Source of the DNA: an uncultured Gammaproteobacteria bacterium
GTDB lineage: Bacteria; Patescibacteriota; Microgenomatia; UBA1406; HO2-37-13b
Direction of reading: 5' to 3'
Assembly (NCBI GenBank): GCA_964413645.1
Contig: CAYPSA010000001.1
Coordinates: 159,129-223,128, forward strand
Length of the DNA stretch: 64,000 nucleotides
Shown: positions 54,063 through 64,000 of the stretch, one piece after another
Layout of the letters: every line of letters starts with the position of its first letter
Position numbering within the stretch: position 1 is the first letter of the stretch
The notes under the pieces: model-generated
What the model was told of the DNA's origin: nothing
Seen by the model: the letters and a program-made list of their open reading frames with translations, nothing else
Database searches by the model: none
Made by a program: the position numbers and the translations under genes

Positions 54063-56078
54063 ATGCAATTTAAAGTTCACTCCCAATTTTCCCCGATCGA
54101 CGAACAAATTAAGGCAGCAAACCAGCTCGTGGAAGGTATTCATGCGAATAAAAAGAACCAGGTCCTTTTAGGCGTAACCGGTTCCGGAAAAACGTTTACG
54201 ATGGCTCAGGTTATTGCACAGTCGCAAATGCCTGCACTCATAATCTCACACAATAAGACTCTTGCTGGTCAACTGTATCAAGAAATGCGTGATTTTTTCC
54301 CAGAAAACGCAGTTTCATACTTTGTTTCCTATTACGATTATTACCAACCTGAAGCATACATTCCATCTACCGATACCTATATTGAAAAAGAAGCGCAAAT
54401 CAATGAAACAATCGACAAACTACGACTTGCTTCTACGAGTAATATTCTCACACGACCCGATCCTATCGTAGTTGCTTCCGTTTCTTGTATTTATAACATC
54501 GGCTCTCCAATAGAGTTTGGCAAGTTTATTCTCGAAATTAAAGTAGGACACATGTACGATCAAAAAGACATTATGAAGCGACTAATCGAATTGCAATATG
54601 AGCGTTCAGAATATGATTTCAAGCGAGGGTCATTTAGAGTTCGCGGGGAACATATTGATATGTACCCAGCATCTGATGATTACGGGTATCGCGCCGAACT
54701 GCAAAATGGAAAAGTAGTGCAAATTACCAAAATGGACCCGCTAACCGGGGAAACGATCGAGAAAAAAACAAATCTAGACGAGTCGATAATCCTATACCCA
54801 GCAAAACAATACATGACAAGCATGGATGCTCTTGAAGACGCAGAAGCGCAAATTCGGGCAGATTTAGAGAAAGAATATAAGCAGCTTATCAAAAAAGATA
54901 AAGAGTTTGAGGCGCGTCGATTACTAAAAAAAGTAAATTACGACCTGGAAATGCTTAAGGAGATGGGGTACGTAAATGGAATTGAAAATTATTCTCGATA
55001 TTTCGATGGACGTATGCCCGGAGATCCTCCAAATTCACTCCTTGGCTATTTTAACCACCGATTCGGAAAAGATTGGCTGGTTTTTGTGGACGAATCACAC
55101 ATGACGTTGCCTCAAATTCGTGGAATGTATAACGGTGATCAAGCTCGAAAACGGACACTTATTGATTATGGATTTCGATTGGAATCAAGTTTAGATAATC
55201 GTCCTATGAAATTTAACGAATTCTACAATAATATGCATAGAGCCATTTATGTTTCGGCAACACCAAATGAATATGAAGTGGAACTTGCTGAGAATAAAGT
55301 TGTAGAACAGCTTGTTCGTCCAACGGGCATTGTCGATCCTCCAGTAAGTATTCGAAAAAGCAGCAGCGAAATTCCTGATTTAGTTGAAGAAATTAAAAAG
55401 CGTGTCGCCAAAAAAGAGCGAGTACTTGTCGCCTCTCTTACAAAGAGGATCGCAGAAGATTTAACAACATATTTAAAAGAAGCTGGTGTTAAAGCAGAAT
55501 ATTTACATTCCGATATTCACACGCTTGATCGCTCTGAAATTCTTAATAAACTACGACTGGCCGAATTTGATGTGCTCGTCGGCATTAACTTGCTTCGAGA
55601 AGGAATTGATATTCCCGAAGTAACACTAGTCGCAATTTTAGATGCGGATAATGAGGGGTTTTTAAGAAGTAAAACGGCGCTTATTCAAACCATGGGACGA
55701 GCAGCTCGAAACATTGGCGGTGAAGTAATTATTTATGCCGATAAAATGACTAAATCTATTCAAGCAGCAGTAGATGAAGTTAAACGTCGTCGTGAATATC
55801 AATTGAAGTATAATAAGACGCACAATATTACGCCGACAACTATTATTAAGGAGATTAAGAAGGACATTATTAAACAAGAACAAAAACGCCAAGATGATAT
55901 GTCACTTCTAGCAGCATACGAAGCAATTGAGTCAATTAATATAACCTCGCTTACACCACAAGATAAAAAGAATTTAATTGATAGCTTACGGAAAGAAATG
56001 AAAAAGCAAGCACGCGAGCTTCACTTTGAAGCAGCCATCGCCATTAGAAATAAAATTACAGAAATTGAAAAATCATAA
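54063..56078 (+). CDS. uvrB: Excinuclease ABC subunit B
   Basis: [43 protein letters not shown]. Confidence 0.98.
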   Translation: MQFKVHSQFSPIDEQIKAANQLVEGIHANKKNQVLLGVTGSGKTFTMAQVIAQSQMPALIISHNKTLAGQLYQEMRDFFPENAVSYFVSYYDYYQPEAYIPSTDTYIEKEAQINETIDKLRLASTSNILTRPDPIVVASVSCIYNIGSPIEFGKFILEIKVGHMYDQKDIMKRLIELQYERSEYDFKRGSFRVRGEHIDMYPASDDYGYRAELQNGKVVQITKMDPLTGETIEKKTNLDESIILYPAKQYMTSMDALEDAEAQIRADLEKEYKQLIKKDKEFEARRLLKKVNYDLEMLKEMGYVNGIENYSRYFDGRMPGDPPNSLLGYFNHRFGKDWLVFVDESHMTLPQIRGMYNGDQARKRTLIDYGFRLESSLDNRPMKFNEFYNNMHRAIYVSATPNEYEVELAENKVVEQLVRPTGIVDPPVSIRKSSSEIPDLVEEIKKRVAKKERVLVASLTKRIAEDLTTYLKEAGVKAEYLHSDIHTLDRSEILNKLRLAEFDVLVGINLLREGIDIPEVTLVAILDADNEGFLRSKTALIQTMGRAARNIGGEVIIYADKMTKSIQAAVDEVKRRREYQLKYNKTHNITPTTIIKEIKKDIIKQEQKRQDDMSLLAAYEAIESINITSLTPQDKKNLIDSLRKEMKKQARELHFEAAIAIRNKITEIEKS

Positions 56079-56081
56079 TAT

Positions 56082-58958
56082 ATGAATGACACAATCGTAA
56101 TCAAAGGAGCTCGAGAACACAATCTTAAGGACGTTGACCTGACTATTCCAAAAAATAAAATGGTGGTATTTACCGGTGTGTCTGGTTCAGGTAAATCATC
56201 ACTTGCATTTGACACTATTTATGCAGAAGGCCAGCGACGATATGTAGAGTCGCTCTCATCATACGCTCGACAGTTCTTAGGAGTTATGGACAAGCCGGAT
56301 GTCGATTTTATCGAAGGGTTATCGCCATCTATTTCAATTGATCAAAAATCAGTTGGTAAAAATCCTCGATCAACAGTCGGAACAATAACGGAAATTTACG
56401 ACTATTTGCGTTTATTGTTTGCTCGAGTTGGTGTACCATATTGTCCTAATGATGGAACACTCATTAGCAGACTTTCTATTGATGAAATTACTGAGAAGAT
56501 CATCGAGTACTCGATTGAGTACACAAAAAAATATAAATTAGCACCCCAACAGTTTTTACTTCTTTCTCCGATCGTTACTGAACGTAAGGGAGAATTCACG
56601 CCTCTCTTTGGAAATTTGCGTGCAAAAGGGTATACAGACTTAATTGTCGACGGTACCCGATATACGTCAGACGAAATCCCATCTCTTGAGAAGAATAATA
56701 AACATACAATTTCTGCGGTAATAATGAGCTTTGCACTTTCTCATTCGGACACCAAAAATACTGATTTAATTATTGGCCTAAAAAAAAGAATTGCTGAAAT
56801 CGTTGAGCAGGGAGTTAAATTGTCAGATGGTAAGATTCTGTTACAGGCCCCAGAAAGTAGCCATTTATTTTCTGAAAAGTTTGCCTGTCCTAAATGCGAT
56901 TTTGCTTTGGCCGAAATTGAACCTCGAATGTTTTCATTCAATTCCCCAGTTGGAGCTTGTGAAACGTGTAAAGGCTTAGGCTACATTGTGCGCATTGCTC
57001 CAGAACTAGTATTAAATCGTCGATTGTCAATTGAACAAGGCGCAATTATTCCTTTCGGAAAAATATTGGCATTTAATACTTGGTACGCACGAACTATTAA
57101 AACTGTTCTTGATGACCTAGGTATCGACACCTCTGCAAATCTTCAATACGTTGACGAAGATAAAATACAAGTCCTACTTCATGGAAACAACAAAACGTAT
57201 ACGGTTCATGGGCAAAATAGGTTTGGAGACGATACAATAATTAAAGAAACATTCATAGGTGTTATCCCTGAATTATACCGACGTTATGGTGAAAGTTCTT
57301 CGGAATTTATGTCGCACGAAATTGAAAAGTACATGACTGATGAAGAATGTACTGCTTGTAAAGGACAACGATTGAAGCCAGAAGTCTTGAGTATTAAAAT
57401 TGATGAAAAGAACATTATTGAACTCGCAACTCTATCAATTGCAACATTGCTAAAATTTACAAAAAATATTCATCAAAATTTATCAGGATACGATAAAGAA
57501 GTTTCACAAAATATTATTTCTGAAATTGTGGCGCGCTTAACATTTCTTGAGAATGTTGGCCTTACGTACCTCACATTAGCGAGAACTGCCGCAAGTCTTT
57601 CAGGTGGAGAATCACAACGTATTCGACTTGCTTCTCAAATTGGAAGTGGACTTACCGGAGTTATTTATGTTCTTGATGAGCCATCAATCGGACTGCACCC
57701 TAAAGATGTTTCTGCGCTGGTGGATTCTCTGCGAAATTTATGTAAACTAGGTAATACGCTCATTGTTGTAGAACATGATACAGAGACTATTTTAGCTGCC
57801 GATCATATTGTAGATTTTGGACCTAAAGCGGGCAAACATGGAGGAAAAGTTATTTTTCAAGGACCACTTAATGAGCTCAGGAAAAGCAAAGATTCTTTGA
57901 CTGCAAAGTATATGTTCAAAAAAAATGTCGCTCAAGAACACACACTCACTGCAAAGAATTATGGCTACATAGAACTTTCTGGAGCTAAACAATTTAACCT
58001 AAAGAATGTCTCAATTAAAATCCCACTAGGTAACTTAATTAGCGTTACCGGAGTTTCAGGATCGGGAAAGTCAACGCTTATCGTCGAAACACTATACAAA
58101 GCATTGCGATATTATTTAGAGGGATCTTTTAAACTATCACAAGGAACATTTGATCAGTTACTTGGTTATCAGTACTTAGACAAAGTGTATTTAGTTGATC
58201 AATCCACCATAGGCAAAACGCCACGTTCTAACCCCGCAACTTACATGGGAATTTTTGACTATATTCGAGATATTTTTGCTCAAACACCTGACGCTAAAAT
58301 TAGAGGATTTGCAAAAGGCAGATTTTCTTTTAACGTTAAAGGTGGGCGATGTGAAAAATGCCAAGGTGCAGGGACGATCAAAATTGAAATGCAGTTTTTA
58401 CCAGATGTGTATGTAAAGTGTGACGTATGTAAAGGAGCACGATACAATAGTCAAACACTCGAAGTACTCTACAAGGGTAAAAGTATTAAAGATGTTTTGG
58501 ATATGCCTATCGATGAAGCTGCGGAATTTTTCAAAAGTATTCCACAGCTTGCTCCGAAACTCAAAACACTTCAAGATGTCGGCGTAGGGTATATGGAACT
58601 TGGGCAAAGTGCACCCACACTCTCAGGAGGAGAAGCTCAGCGTATTAAACTTGCTAATGAACTTGCAAAAAAGGAATCGGGTAGAACCTTGTACATTCTT
58701 GATGAGCCTACTACTGGTCTTCACATGTATGATGTCGAAAAACTTATGGCGACACTGTACAAACTTGTCGAAAAAGGTAATACTGTGGTTGTAATCGAAC
58801 ACAATTTAGAAGTCATAAAAAATAGCCAGTATGTCATTGATATGGGGCCACTGGGCGGAGAAGGAGGAGGGCAACTTCTGTATCAAGGACCACTGGGAGG
58901 TTTGCTCGAGAACAAAGATTCCTTCACGGGTAAATACTTATCGGAATATTTAGGGTAA
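56082..58958 (+). CDS. uvrA: Excinuclease ABC subunit A
   Basis: Two GVSGSGKS Walker A motifs, two LSGGE signatures, zinc fingers. Confidence 0.98.
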   Translation: MNDTIVIKGAREHNLKDVDLTIPKNKMVVFTGVSGSGKSSLAFDTIYAEGQRRYVESLSSYARQFLGVMDKPDVDFIEGLSPSISIDQKSVGKNPRSTVGTITEIYDYLRLLFARVGVPYCPNDGTLISRLSIDEITEKIIEYSIEYTKKYKLAPQQFLLLSPIVTERKGEFTPLFGNLRAKGYTDLIVDGTRYTSDEIPSLEKNNKHTISAVIMSFALSHSDTKNTDLIIGLKKRIAEIVEQGVKLSDGKILLQAPESSHLFSEKFACPKCDFALAEIEPRMFSFNSPVGACETCKGLGYIVRIAPELVLNRRLSIEQGAIIPFGKILAFNTWYARTIKTVLDDLGIDTSANLQYVDEDKIQVLLHGNNKTYTVHGQNRFGDDTIIKETFIGVIPELYRRYGESSSEFMSHEIEKYMTDEECTACKGQRLKPEVLSIKIDEKNIIELATLSIATLLKFTKNIHQNLSGYDKEVSQNIISEIVARLTFLENVGLTYLTLARTAASLSGGESQRIRLASQIGSGLTGVIYVLDEPSIGLHPKDVSALVDSLRNLCKLGNTLIVVEHDTETILAADHIVDFGPKAGKHGGKVIFQGPLNELRKSKDSLTAKYMFKKNVAQEHTLTAKNYGYIELSGAKQFNLKNVSIKIPLGNLISVTGVSGSGKSTLIVETLYKALRYYLEGSFKLSQGTFDQLLGYQYLDKVYLVDQSTIGKTPRSNPATYMGIFDYIRDIFAQTPDAKIRGFAKGRFSFNVKGGRCEKCQGAGTIKIEMQFLPDVYVKCDVCKGARYNSQTLEVLYKGKSIKDVLDMPIDEAAEFFKSIPQLAPKLKTLQDVGVGYMELGQSAPTLSGGEAQRIKLANELAKKESGRTLYILDEPTTGLHMYDVEKLMATLYKLVEKGNTVVVIEHNLEVIKNSQYVIDMGPLGGEGGGQLLYQGPLGGLLENKDSFTGKYLSEYLG

Positions 58959-58967
58959 AATATACGT

Positions 58968-60797
58968 ATGAACTTTTTTGGACGGGTATCTGTTTTCGTA
59001 ACATTCATTTTTTTGGTGGCAATATCTCTTTTAACACCTAAAAGTGTTGCTGCTACTCCGTATAAAGTCGTTTATAACGCGGAATATACACCTATCAATG
59101 AATCAGACCTAGCAGTAAAGCTCCTTATTTCTTTACAAAACCTACGATCCGATGTATACATTCGAGAATTCAGTATTAATTTACCACCTCACTTCGCAAT
59201 TGTTAATCCGCAAACCAAAATAGAGAACGAAGTGGCACAAGCCCAAATAAAATCAGAAAAGAACAGTACCCAAATTACTTTTTCTCTTCCCGAAAGTTCT
59301 GCAAGCAATAAAACTCAAACCAACCTAGAACTTACGTATACACAAAAAAATGGCATACGACATGTGGGCTCAATTTGGGAAGTGATTCTACCTACTATTT
59401 CAAATAAAGAAAACTCATCGTTTTCTGCTTTGTTTCATGTCCCGCCAAGAGTTGACAGGCATGTTGGAGTAATCAAACCTGCTCCAACTGAAGTTTCAGG
59501 CGAAATCATTCGATGGGATAATGTTAAACAATCAGTTATCTATATTGCTTTTGGAACTTCTCAACGGTATCAATCAAATTTAACGTATACCATCAAGAAT
59601 CCTGATTTATTGACAAAAAAAACATCTATCGCGCTTCCACCACATACATCCTATCAAAAAATTTATGAAAATTTTATCGATCCCCAACCCGCACGAACAT
59701 ATATTGATTCCGATGGAAATTATCTTGCAGAATATACTCTCAGACCAAAGCAAGAGATGATGATTCATTATTCAGGAATAGTAGAAGTTTTTGCCCGTCC
59801 TAATAATGACATGAGGCCGTTTAATGAAATTGCGTATAACGAACAGAAAAAATATATTTTCAATAATGTTTCTTACTGGAATGTTCCAAAGTCGTACGAA
59901 TTTCCCGAAAAAATCACCTCTGTTAAAGACGTTTTTGATCGTGTAGTGAATCATCTTAGTTACGATAAGGAACAAATCAAATCATCTGGATCGCGTAAAG
60001 GCGCTCAATTTGCCCTTACAAATCCCAATCAAGCTGTTTGTACTGAATATACCGATTTATTTGTGGCTCTTGCTCGAAATGCCAATTTTCCAGCTCGTGA
60101 AATCGAAGGATTTGCATATAGTGATGACCCAACATTGCGTCCACAATCATTTTCTGGCGATATTTTACATTCTTGGCCCGAGTATTATGACGAATCTCAA
60201 AGCTTGTGGATTCCCACAGATCCTACTTGGGCTGATACATCCAACATAGATTACTTTAGCTCTTTTGACTTGAATCACATTGTACTTGCAATTCATGGAA
60301 AGGATCCCGTATATCCACTACCTGCAGGAATGTATAAAGTGCGTGATCAAAAAGATATAGATATTAAGCCAATCGCCACACTTCCCAAGGAAATAAAAAA
60401 TATCAGCGCAACAATTTCCATGAATGAAACCGTTGCTCCGCTTTCCACAGCACACGGATCAGTTATTATCGAGAATAAGAGTAATGTGTTTTTAGTTGAT
60501 CCTTCATTTAGACTAAAAAGCTCCTCGTTAACGTTTAAACCAAACGTGCTTTCAACCAAACTAATTGCGCCAAATGAAAAGCGCGAAATTAAATTTAGCT
60601 ACACAGTTTCAAAGAATGCGTCGGAAACGAACAAAGCTCGTGTATCACTACTTCTGGATGAAAATGAAATTGCTTACGAAGATCTATCTATACAATCATC
60701 TTTTGAATCAATTTTAAATTATGTAATTGGTATCGCAATTGCTCTCATCATACTTGTTCTTGTTTTCTTCAAATACATTAAACATCGAATTTCATGA
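58968..60797 (+). CDS. Exported transglutaminase-like domain protein
   Basis: Signal peptide, Cys-His-Asp triad (VCTEY, LHSWPE, DPTW), C-terminal TM anchor. Confidence 0.88.
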   Translation: MNFFGRVSVFVTFIFLVAISLLTPKSVAATPYKVVYNAEYTPINESDLAVKLLISLQNLRSDVYIREFSINLPPHFAIVNPQTKIENEVAQAQIKSEKNSTQITFSLPESSASNKTQTNLELTYTQKNGIRHVGSIWEVILPTISNKENSSFSALFHVPPRVDRHVGVIKPAPTEVSGEIIRWDNVKQSVIYIAFGTSQRYQSNLTYTIKNPDLLTKKTSIALPPHTSYQKIYENFIDPQPARTYIDSDGNYLAEYTLRPKQEMMIHYSGIVEVFARPNNDMRPFNEIAYNEQKKYIFNNVSYWNVPKSYEFPEKITSVKDVFDRVVNHLSYDKEQIKSSGSRKGAQFALTNPNQAVCTEYTDLFVALARNANFPAREIEGFAYSDDPTLRPQSFSGDILHSWPEYYDESQSLWIPTDPTWADTSNIDYFSSFDLNHIVLAIHGKDPVYPLPAGMYKVRDQKDIDIKPIATLPKEIKNISATISMNETVAPLSTAHGSVIIENKSNVFLVDPSFRLKSSSLTFKPNVLSTKLIAPNEKREIKFSYTVSKNASETNKARVSLLLDENEIAYEDLSIQSSFESILNYVIGIAIALIILVLVFFKYIKHRIS

Positions 60798-62092
60798 TTA
60801 CTTCCAAAGATATTTCATCGATTCCATCAACGACTGGAGTGTATTTTTTCTATAAAAACGATATTCCGATTTACATCGGAAAGGCAGTTAATTTGAAAGC
60901 TCGATTAACGTCGCACTTGCAGAATGCTAAATTAGACAGAAAAGAAGCCGCAATAATCGAACAAGCAGACCGAGTTGACTACACGCAAACCCTTTCAGAT
61001 TTTGAGGCAATAATTTTGGAAGCAAACTTAGTGCGCAAATTCATGCCGCAATACAATATTCAGCTCAAAGATGATAAGAGTTATTTATATATAAAAATTT
61101 CAATCAAAGATAAGTATCCAAAGATATCCTTAGTTCGACGTGAAAATGATGGAAATTCGCTTTACTTTGGTCCATTCCAATCAAATCGCTTAACCCGATC
61201 ACTTCTTTCACATATACGAAAAATAGTATCATTTTGTACCCAAAAAAAACTAGGAAGAACCGGATGTTTTTACTCTAAAATTGGGCTTTGCAATCCATGT
61301 CCTTCGGCTGTTGATCGCCTGGAAGATCAAACACTCAAAAAAGTTCTTCATCAACAGTATTTACACAACATTAAATTAATTGTAAAAATTTTTGATGGAA
61401 ACTCATCCTTCGTGCTCAAGCATTTAGAAAAAGATCTTCTTATTGAAACTCAGAAAGAAAATTATGAAAAAGCTTTAGTAATCCGTGACAAACTATTACT
61501 TCTCGAGAATTTACTCCATACACGCTCCTTTTCGTCTTGGGACGACATTCGTATTACCAATAAGGCCAGCATTAGGACGGCAATAGAAGAGTTTATGCTA
61601 GCAAATTTTGCCGCCTCACAAATCTCGACGAGCTTTAGGATCGAATGTTACGACATTAGTAATCTATTCGGGAAAGACGCCACTGCATCAATGGTTGTTT
61701 TTCAAGATGGGGGAATAGAGAAAAAGGAATACAGACGTTTCAAAATTAGAACTGTACAGGGGATTTCGGATTTTGCAATGCTTCAGGAAGTTTTAACCCG
61801 TCGATTTAATCAAAGTAAATGGCAGCGTCCCGATTTGCTTGTTATCGACGGAGGACCCCCGCAACTACGAGCTACTCGCAAAATACTTGAAGAATTACAG
61901 ATTTCTATTCCCATGATTGGCATAGCAAAACACCCTGACCGACTTTTTAAAGTTGCAGGACGTATTTCGCCAGCTTTATATAGACGTAATTCAACTTTTT
62001 TTAGAATAATTCAAGAAATCCGCGACGAATCACATCGTTTCGCAAAAAAATACCATTTACTTCTACGGAACAAAAAAATGGTGTATAATTAA
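60794..62092 (+). CDS. uvrC: Excinuclease ABC subunit C (no C-terminal HhH domain)
   Basis: GVY..IYIGKA, Cys cluster, UVR helix, RIECYDIS, IDGG, RDESHRFA. Confidence 0.9.
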   Translation: MITSKDISSIPSTTGVYFFYKNDIPIYIGKAVNLKARLTSHLQNAKLDRKEAAIIEQADRVDYTQTLSDFEAIILEANLVRKFMPQYNIQLKDDKSYLYIKISIKDKYPKISLVRRENDGNSLYFGPFQSNRLTRSLLSHIRKIVSFCTQKKLGRTGCFYSKIGLCNPCPSAVDRLEDQTLKKVLHQQYLHNIKLIVKIFDGNSSFVLKHLEKDLLIETQKENYEKALVIRDKLLLLENLLHTRSFSSWDDIRITNKASIRTAIEEFMLANFAASQISTSFRIECYDISNLFGKDATASMVVFQDGGIEKKEYRRFKIRTVQGISDFAMLQEVLTRRFNQSKWQRPDLLVIDGGPPQLRATRKILEELQISIPMIGIAKHPDRLFKVAGRISPALYRRNSTFFRIIQEIRDESHRFAKKYHLLLRNKKMVYN

Positions 62093-62096
62093 GCCT

Positions 62097-62303
62097 ATGT
62101 TACTTATCGCAACAATCATTTTAAGTCTACTTATAACAGTGCTTATTCTTATGCAAGGCCGCGGCGCTGGGCTCGGAAGTGCATGGGGTGGCGGAGGAGA
62201 ATTCTTCCAAACACGTCGTGGAATTGAAAAAGTTACACTCCAATTAACCGTTGTTTTGATTGTACTCTTCTTTATTGTTTCAGTGATTAACTTGGTTTCG
62301 TAA
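62097..62303 (+). CDS. secG: Preprotein translocase subunit SecG
   Basis: ILMQGRGAGLGSAWGG, TRRGIEK, two TM helices. Confidence 0.93.
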   Translation: MLLIATIILSLLITVLILMQGRGAGLGSAWGGGGEFFQTRRGIEKVTLQLTVVLIVLFFIVSVINLVS

Positions 62304-62307
62304 GCTT

Positions 62308-63651
62308 GTGAATAAAAAGATTCGATACTACTATTGGCTCATTCGAGCATTTTTAGGCAAGAATGCTCGCTTCATGATTATAAGCGCCATCGGCAGCTTT
62401 TTTCTAATTTTTTCTATTATCAATTTCTATCCAGTCATTGATGCATCACTATTCACCCAAAAAGAGATCATTGGTATGGTAGGTGAATACCAAGTACAAT
62501 CTCCTCCATCAGAAATTGCAGCACATATTTCAAATCCGCTCATCAATATTAACGACAAAGGCCAAATCGTTCCGCTTCTTATTGATTCATGGAGCATGAG
62601 CAAAGATGGAAAAACATATCGATTCAATTTGAAAAAGAATCTTTATTGGAGCGATAAAAAGCCGTTCACTGCTCATGATATTAGGTATAAATTCAACGGT
62701 ATTACTATGAAAGTTATCGACGATATGACTATCGAATTTCATCTTTCCCAAAAACTTGCTACGTTTCCAATCTATTTAACACGTCCATTAATTAAGTATC
62801 CGCTCATTGGAATTGCTGGCGTATATGATAGACAAAGCTATAAGGCATCAAAAGGCAACATTACCGAGATGCGTTTGATTCCAAACAAAAAAGATCTTCC
62901 AACTATTACATATAAAATGTACACAAATGATAAAGCGCTTGTAAATGCGTATAAACGCGGAGAAATTAGAAATTTTAATACATCTCGTAAATCGATCGCA
63001 GATGTGTTTGAAACATGGAAGAATTCAACAGTAACAAAATCTGTCGACTATAGTCAAATAATGACGCTTTTTTATAATACTCAAGCCGGAATTTTGGAAG
63101 ATAATGATTTTAGACGTGCGCTTAATTATGCAACTCCACCTGAAAAAACGAATGGACAACCTGCAAGTGGCCCAATTCCACCCACTTCGTGGGCATACTA
63201 CTCTAATTTGAAACGGTATGCATATGACCCAGAAAAGGCACAAGGCATTGTTGAAAAGAAAACCGCATCTGAATCTGCAACGCTTTCGCTTACAACTTTC
63301 TATGAGAATATTACCCTAGCAGAGGAACTTAAGAAGAATTTTGAAGCAATTGGAATTAAGGTAAATCTAAAAATTCTGTCTTACATCCCCGACGATTTTG
63401 AATTACTACTAACTGCATGGAGCCCTCCGCAAGATCCTGATCAGTATTTTTTCTGGCACTCAACACAAAATGAAGGAAATATTACCAAGCTGAAAGATGT
63501 AAAAATTGATAAAGAGCTTGAGGATGGTCGAAATTATATTCAAGTTGCCCGTCGAAAAGCCGTGTATCAGCAGTTTCAGAAATCTCTAGTTGATGAAGCC
63601 CCTGCAAACTTTTTGTACTATCCGTATCAATACGAAGTGAAGCGAAAATAA
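62308..63651 (+). CDS. ABC transporter substrate-binding protein, family 5 (peptide/nickel)
   Basis: DGKTYRFNL...WSD..PFTAHD, FRRAL, DPDQY.FWHS. Confidence 0.85.
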   Translation: MNKKIRYYYWLIRAFLGKNARFMIISAIGSFFLIFSIINFYPVIDASLFTQKEIIGMVGEYQVQSPPSEIAAHISNPLININDKGQIVPLLIDSWSMSKDGKTYRFNLKKNLYWSDKKPFTAHDIRYKFNGITMKVIDDMTIEFHLSQKLATFPIYLTRPLIKYPLIGIAGVYDRQSYKASKGNITEMRLIPNKKDLPTITYKMYTNDKALVNAYKRGEIRNFNTSRKSIADVFETWKNSTVTKSVDYSQIMTLFYNTQAGILEDNDFRRALNYATPPEKTNGQPASGPIPPTSWAYYSNLKRYAYDPEKAQGIVEKKTASESATLSLTTFYENITLAEELKKNFEAIGIKVNLKILSYIPDDFELLLTAWSPPQDPDQYFFWHSTQNEGNITKLKDVKIDKELEDGRNYIQVARRKAVYQQFQKSLVDEAPANFLYYPYQYEVKRK

Positions 63652-63652
63652 G

Positions 63653-64000
63653 TTAATCCATACTGTCTATAACTATAGAGGCATCCAGCGTATTCACTCT
63701 TTTATCATTGTTAATGTCCTCGGCTAAATTTTCACCTGATTGACCGTATTTATTAACGAGAATTCTGTAATCTGCCCAGTCAACTATTCCATCTCCATTT
63801 AAGTCTTGCGTCTTGATCTTTCTGAACTCGTTTATAGTATCGCGATTAAATGGTTTTATATTACAATCTGCTTGACAGTTATTAACGTCCTCACCAATGG
63901 CCTTGTCGCAAATATTATTACCACACATATTCTTCGGAGTAACAGCAACCTGTTTTGGAATATTGAAATCGCTTAATTTCATAACCAGTTTTTCTTTTCC
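63653..64000 (-). CDS. C-terminus of a protein with a Cys-rich repeat and a dockerin-like domain (truncated by right edge)
   Basis: CGNNIC...E...NCQADC; duplicated DLNGDGIVDWAD / DINNDKRVNTLD; frame open to base 64000. Confidence 0.75.
   Translation of the reverse strand, partial: GKEKLVMKLSDFNIPKQVAVTPKNMCGNNICDKAIGEDVNNCQADCNIKPFNRDTINEFRKIKTQDLNGDGIVDWADYRILVNKYGQSGENLAEDINNDKRVNTLDASIVIDSMD

Overview
Low-GC, gene-dense bacterial window using the standard code (TGA = stop). Gene content and order, unlinked rRNA and a reduced 23S suggest a Patescibacteria/CPR genome, probably Microgenomates (inference). It is mostly housekeeping: polX, lemA-htpX-nth, gatCAB, dnaE, a complete F1Fo ATP synthase operon, a stand-alone tRNA-Ala+23S rRNA unit, topA, pyrG, rplS, holA, a sugar-phosphate/lower-glycolysis cluster, acs, rsmI, uvrB-uvrA-uvrC, secG and five tRNAs. 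The most unusual locus is at 9404-10114 on the minus strand. It reads: promoter -> 5' fragment of tRNA-Asp with a palindromic replacement anticodon arm -> 88-aa GIY-YIG nuclease gene starting at the broken T-loop and ending inside an intact tRNA-Asp -> four identical 76-bp tRNA-derived repeats -> secreted zinc peptidase. The window also has a dispersed GTCATYCTGA-tagged palindromic repeat family with variable inner hairpins (8 loci, one in-frame inside gatB), pervasive leaderless gene starts, and several structural oddities in the 23S rRNA. All calls come from reading the sequence and motifs; no database searches were run.
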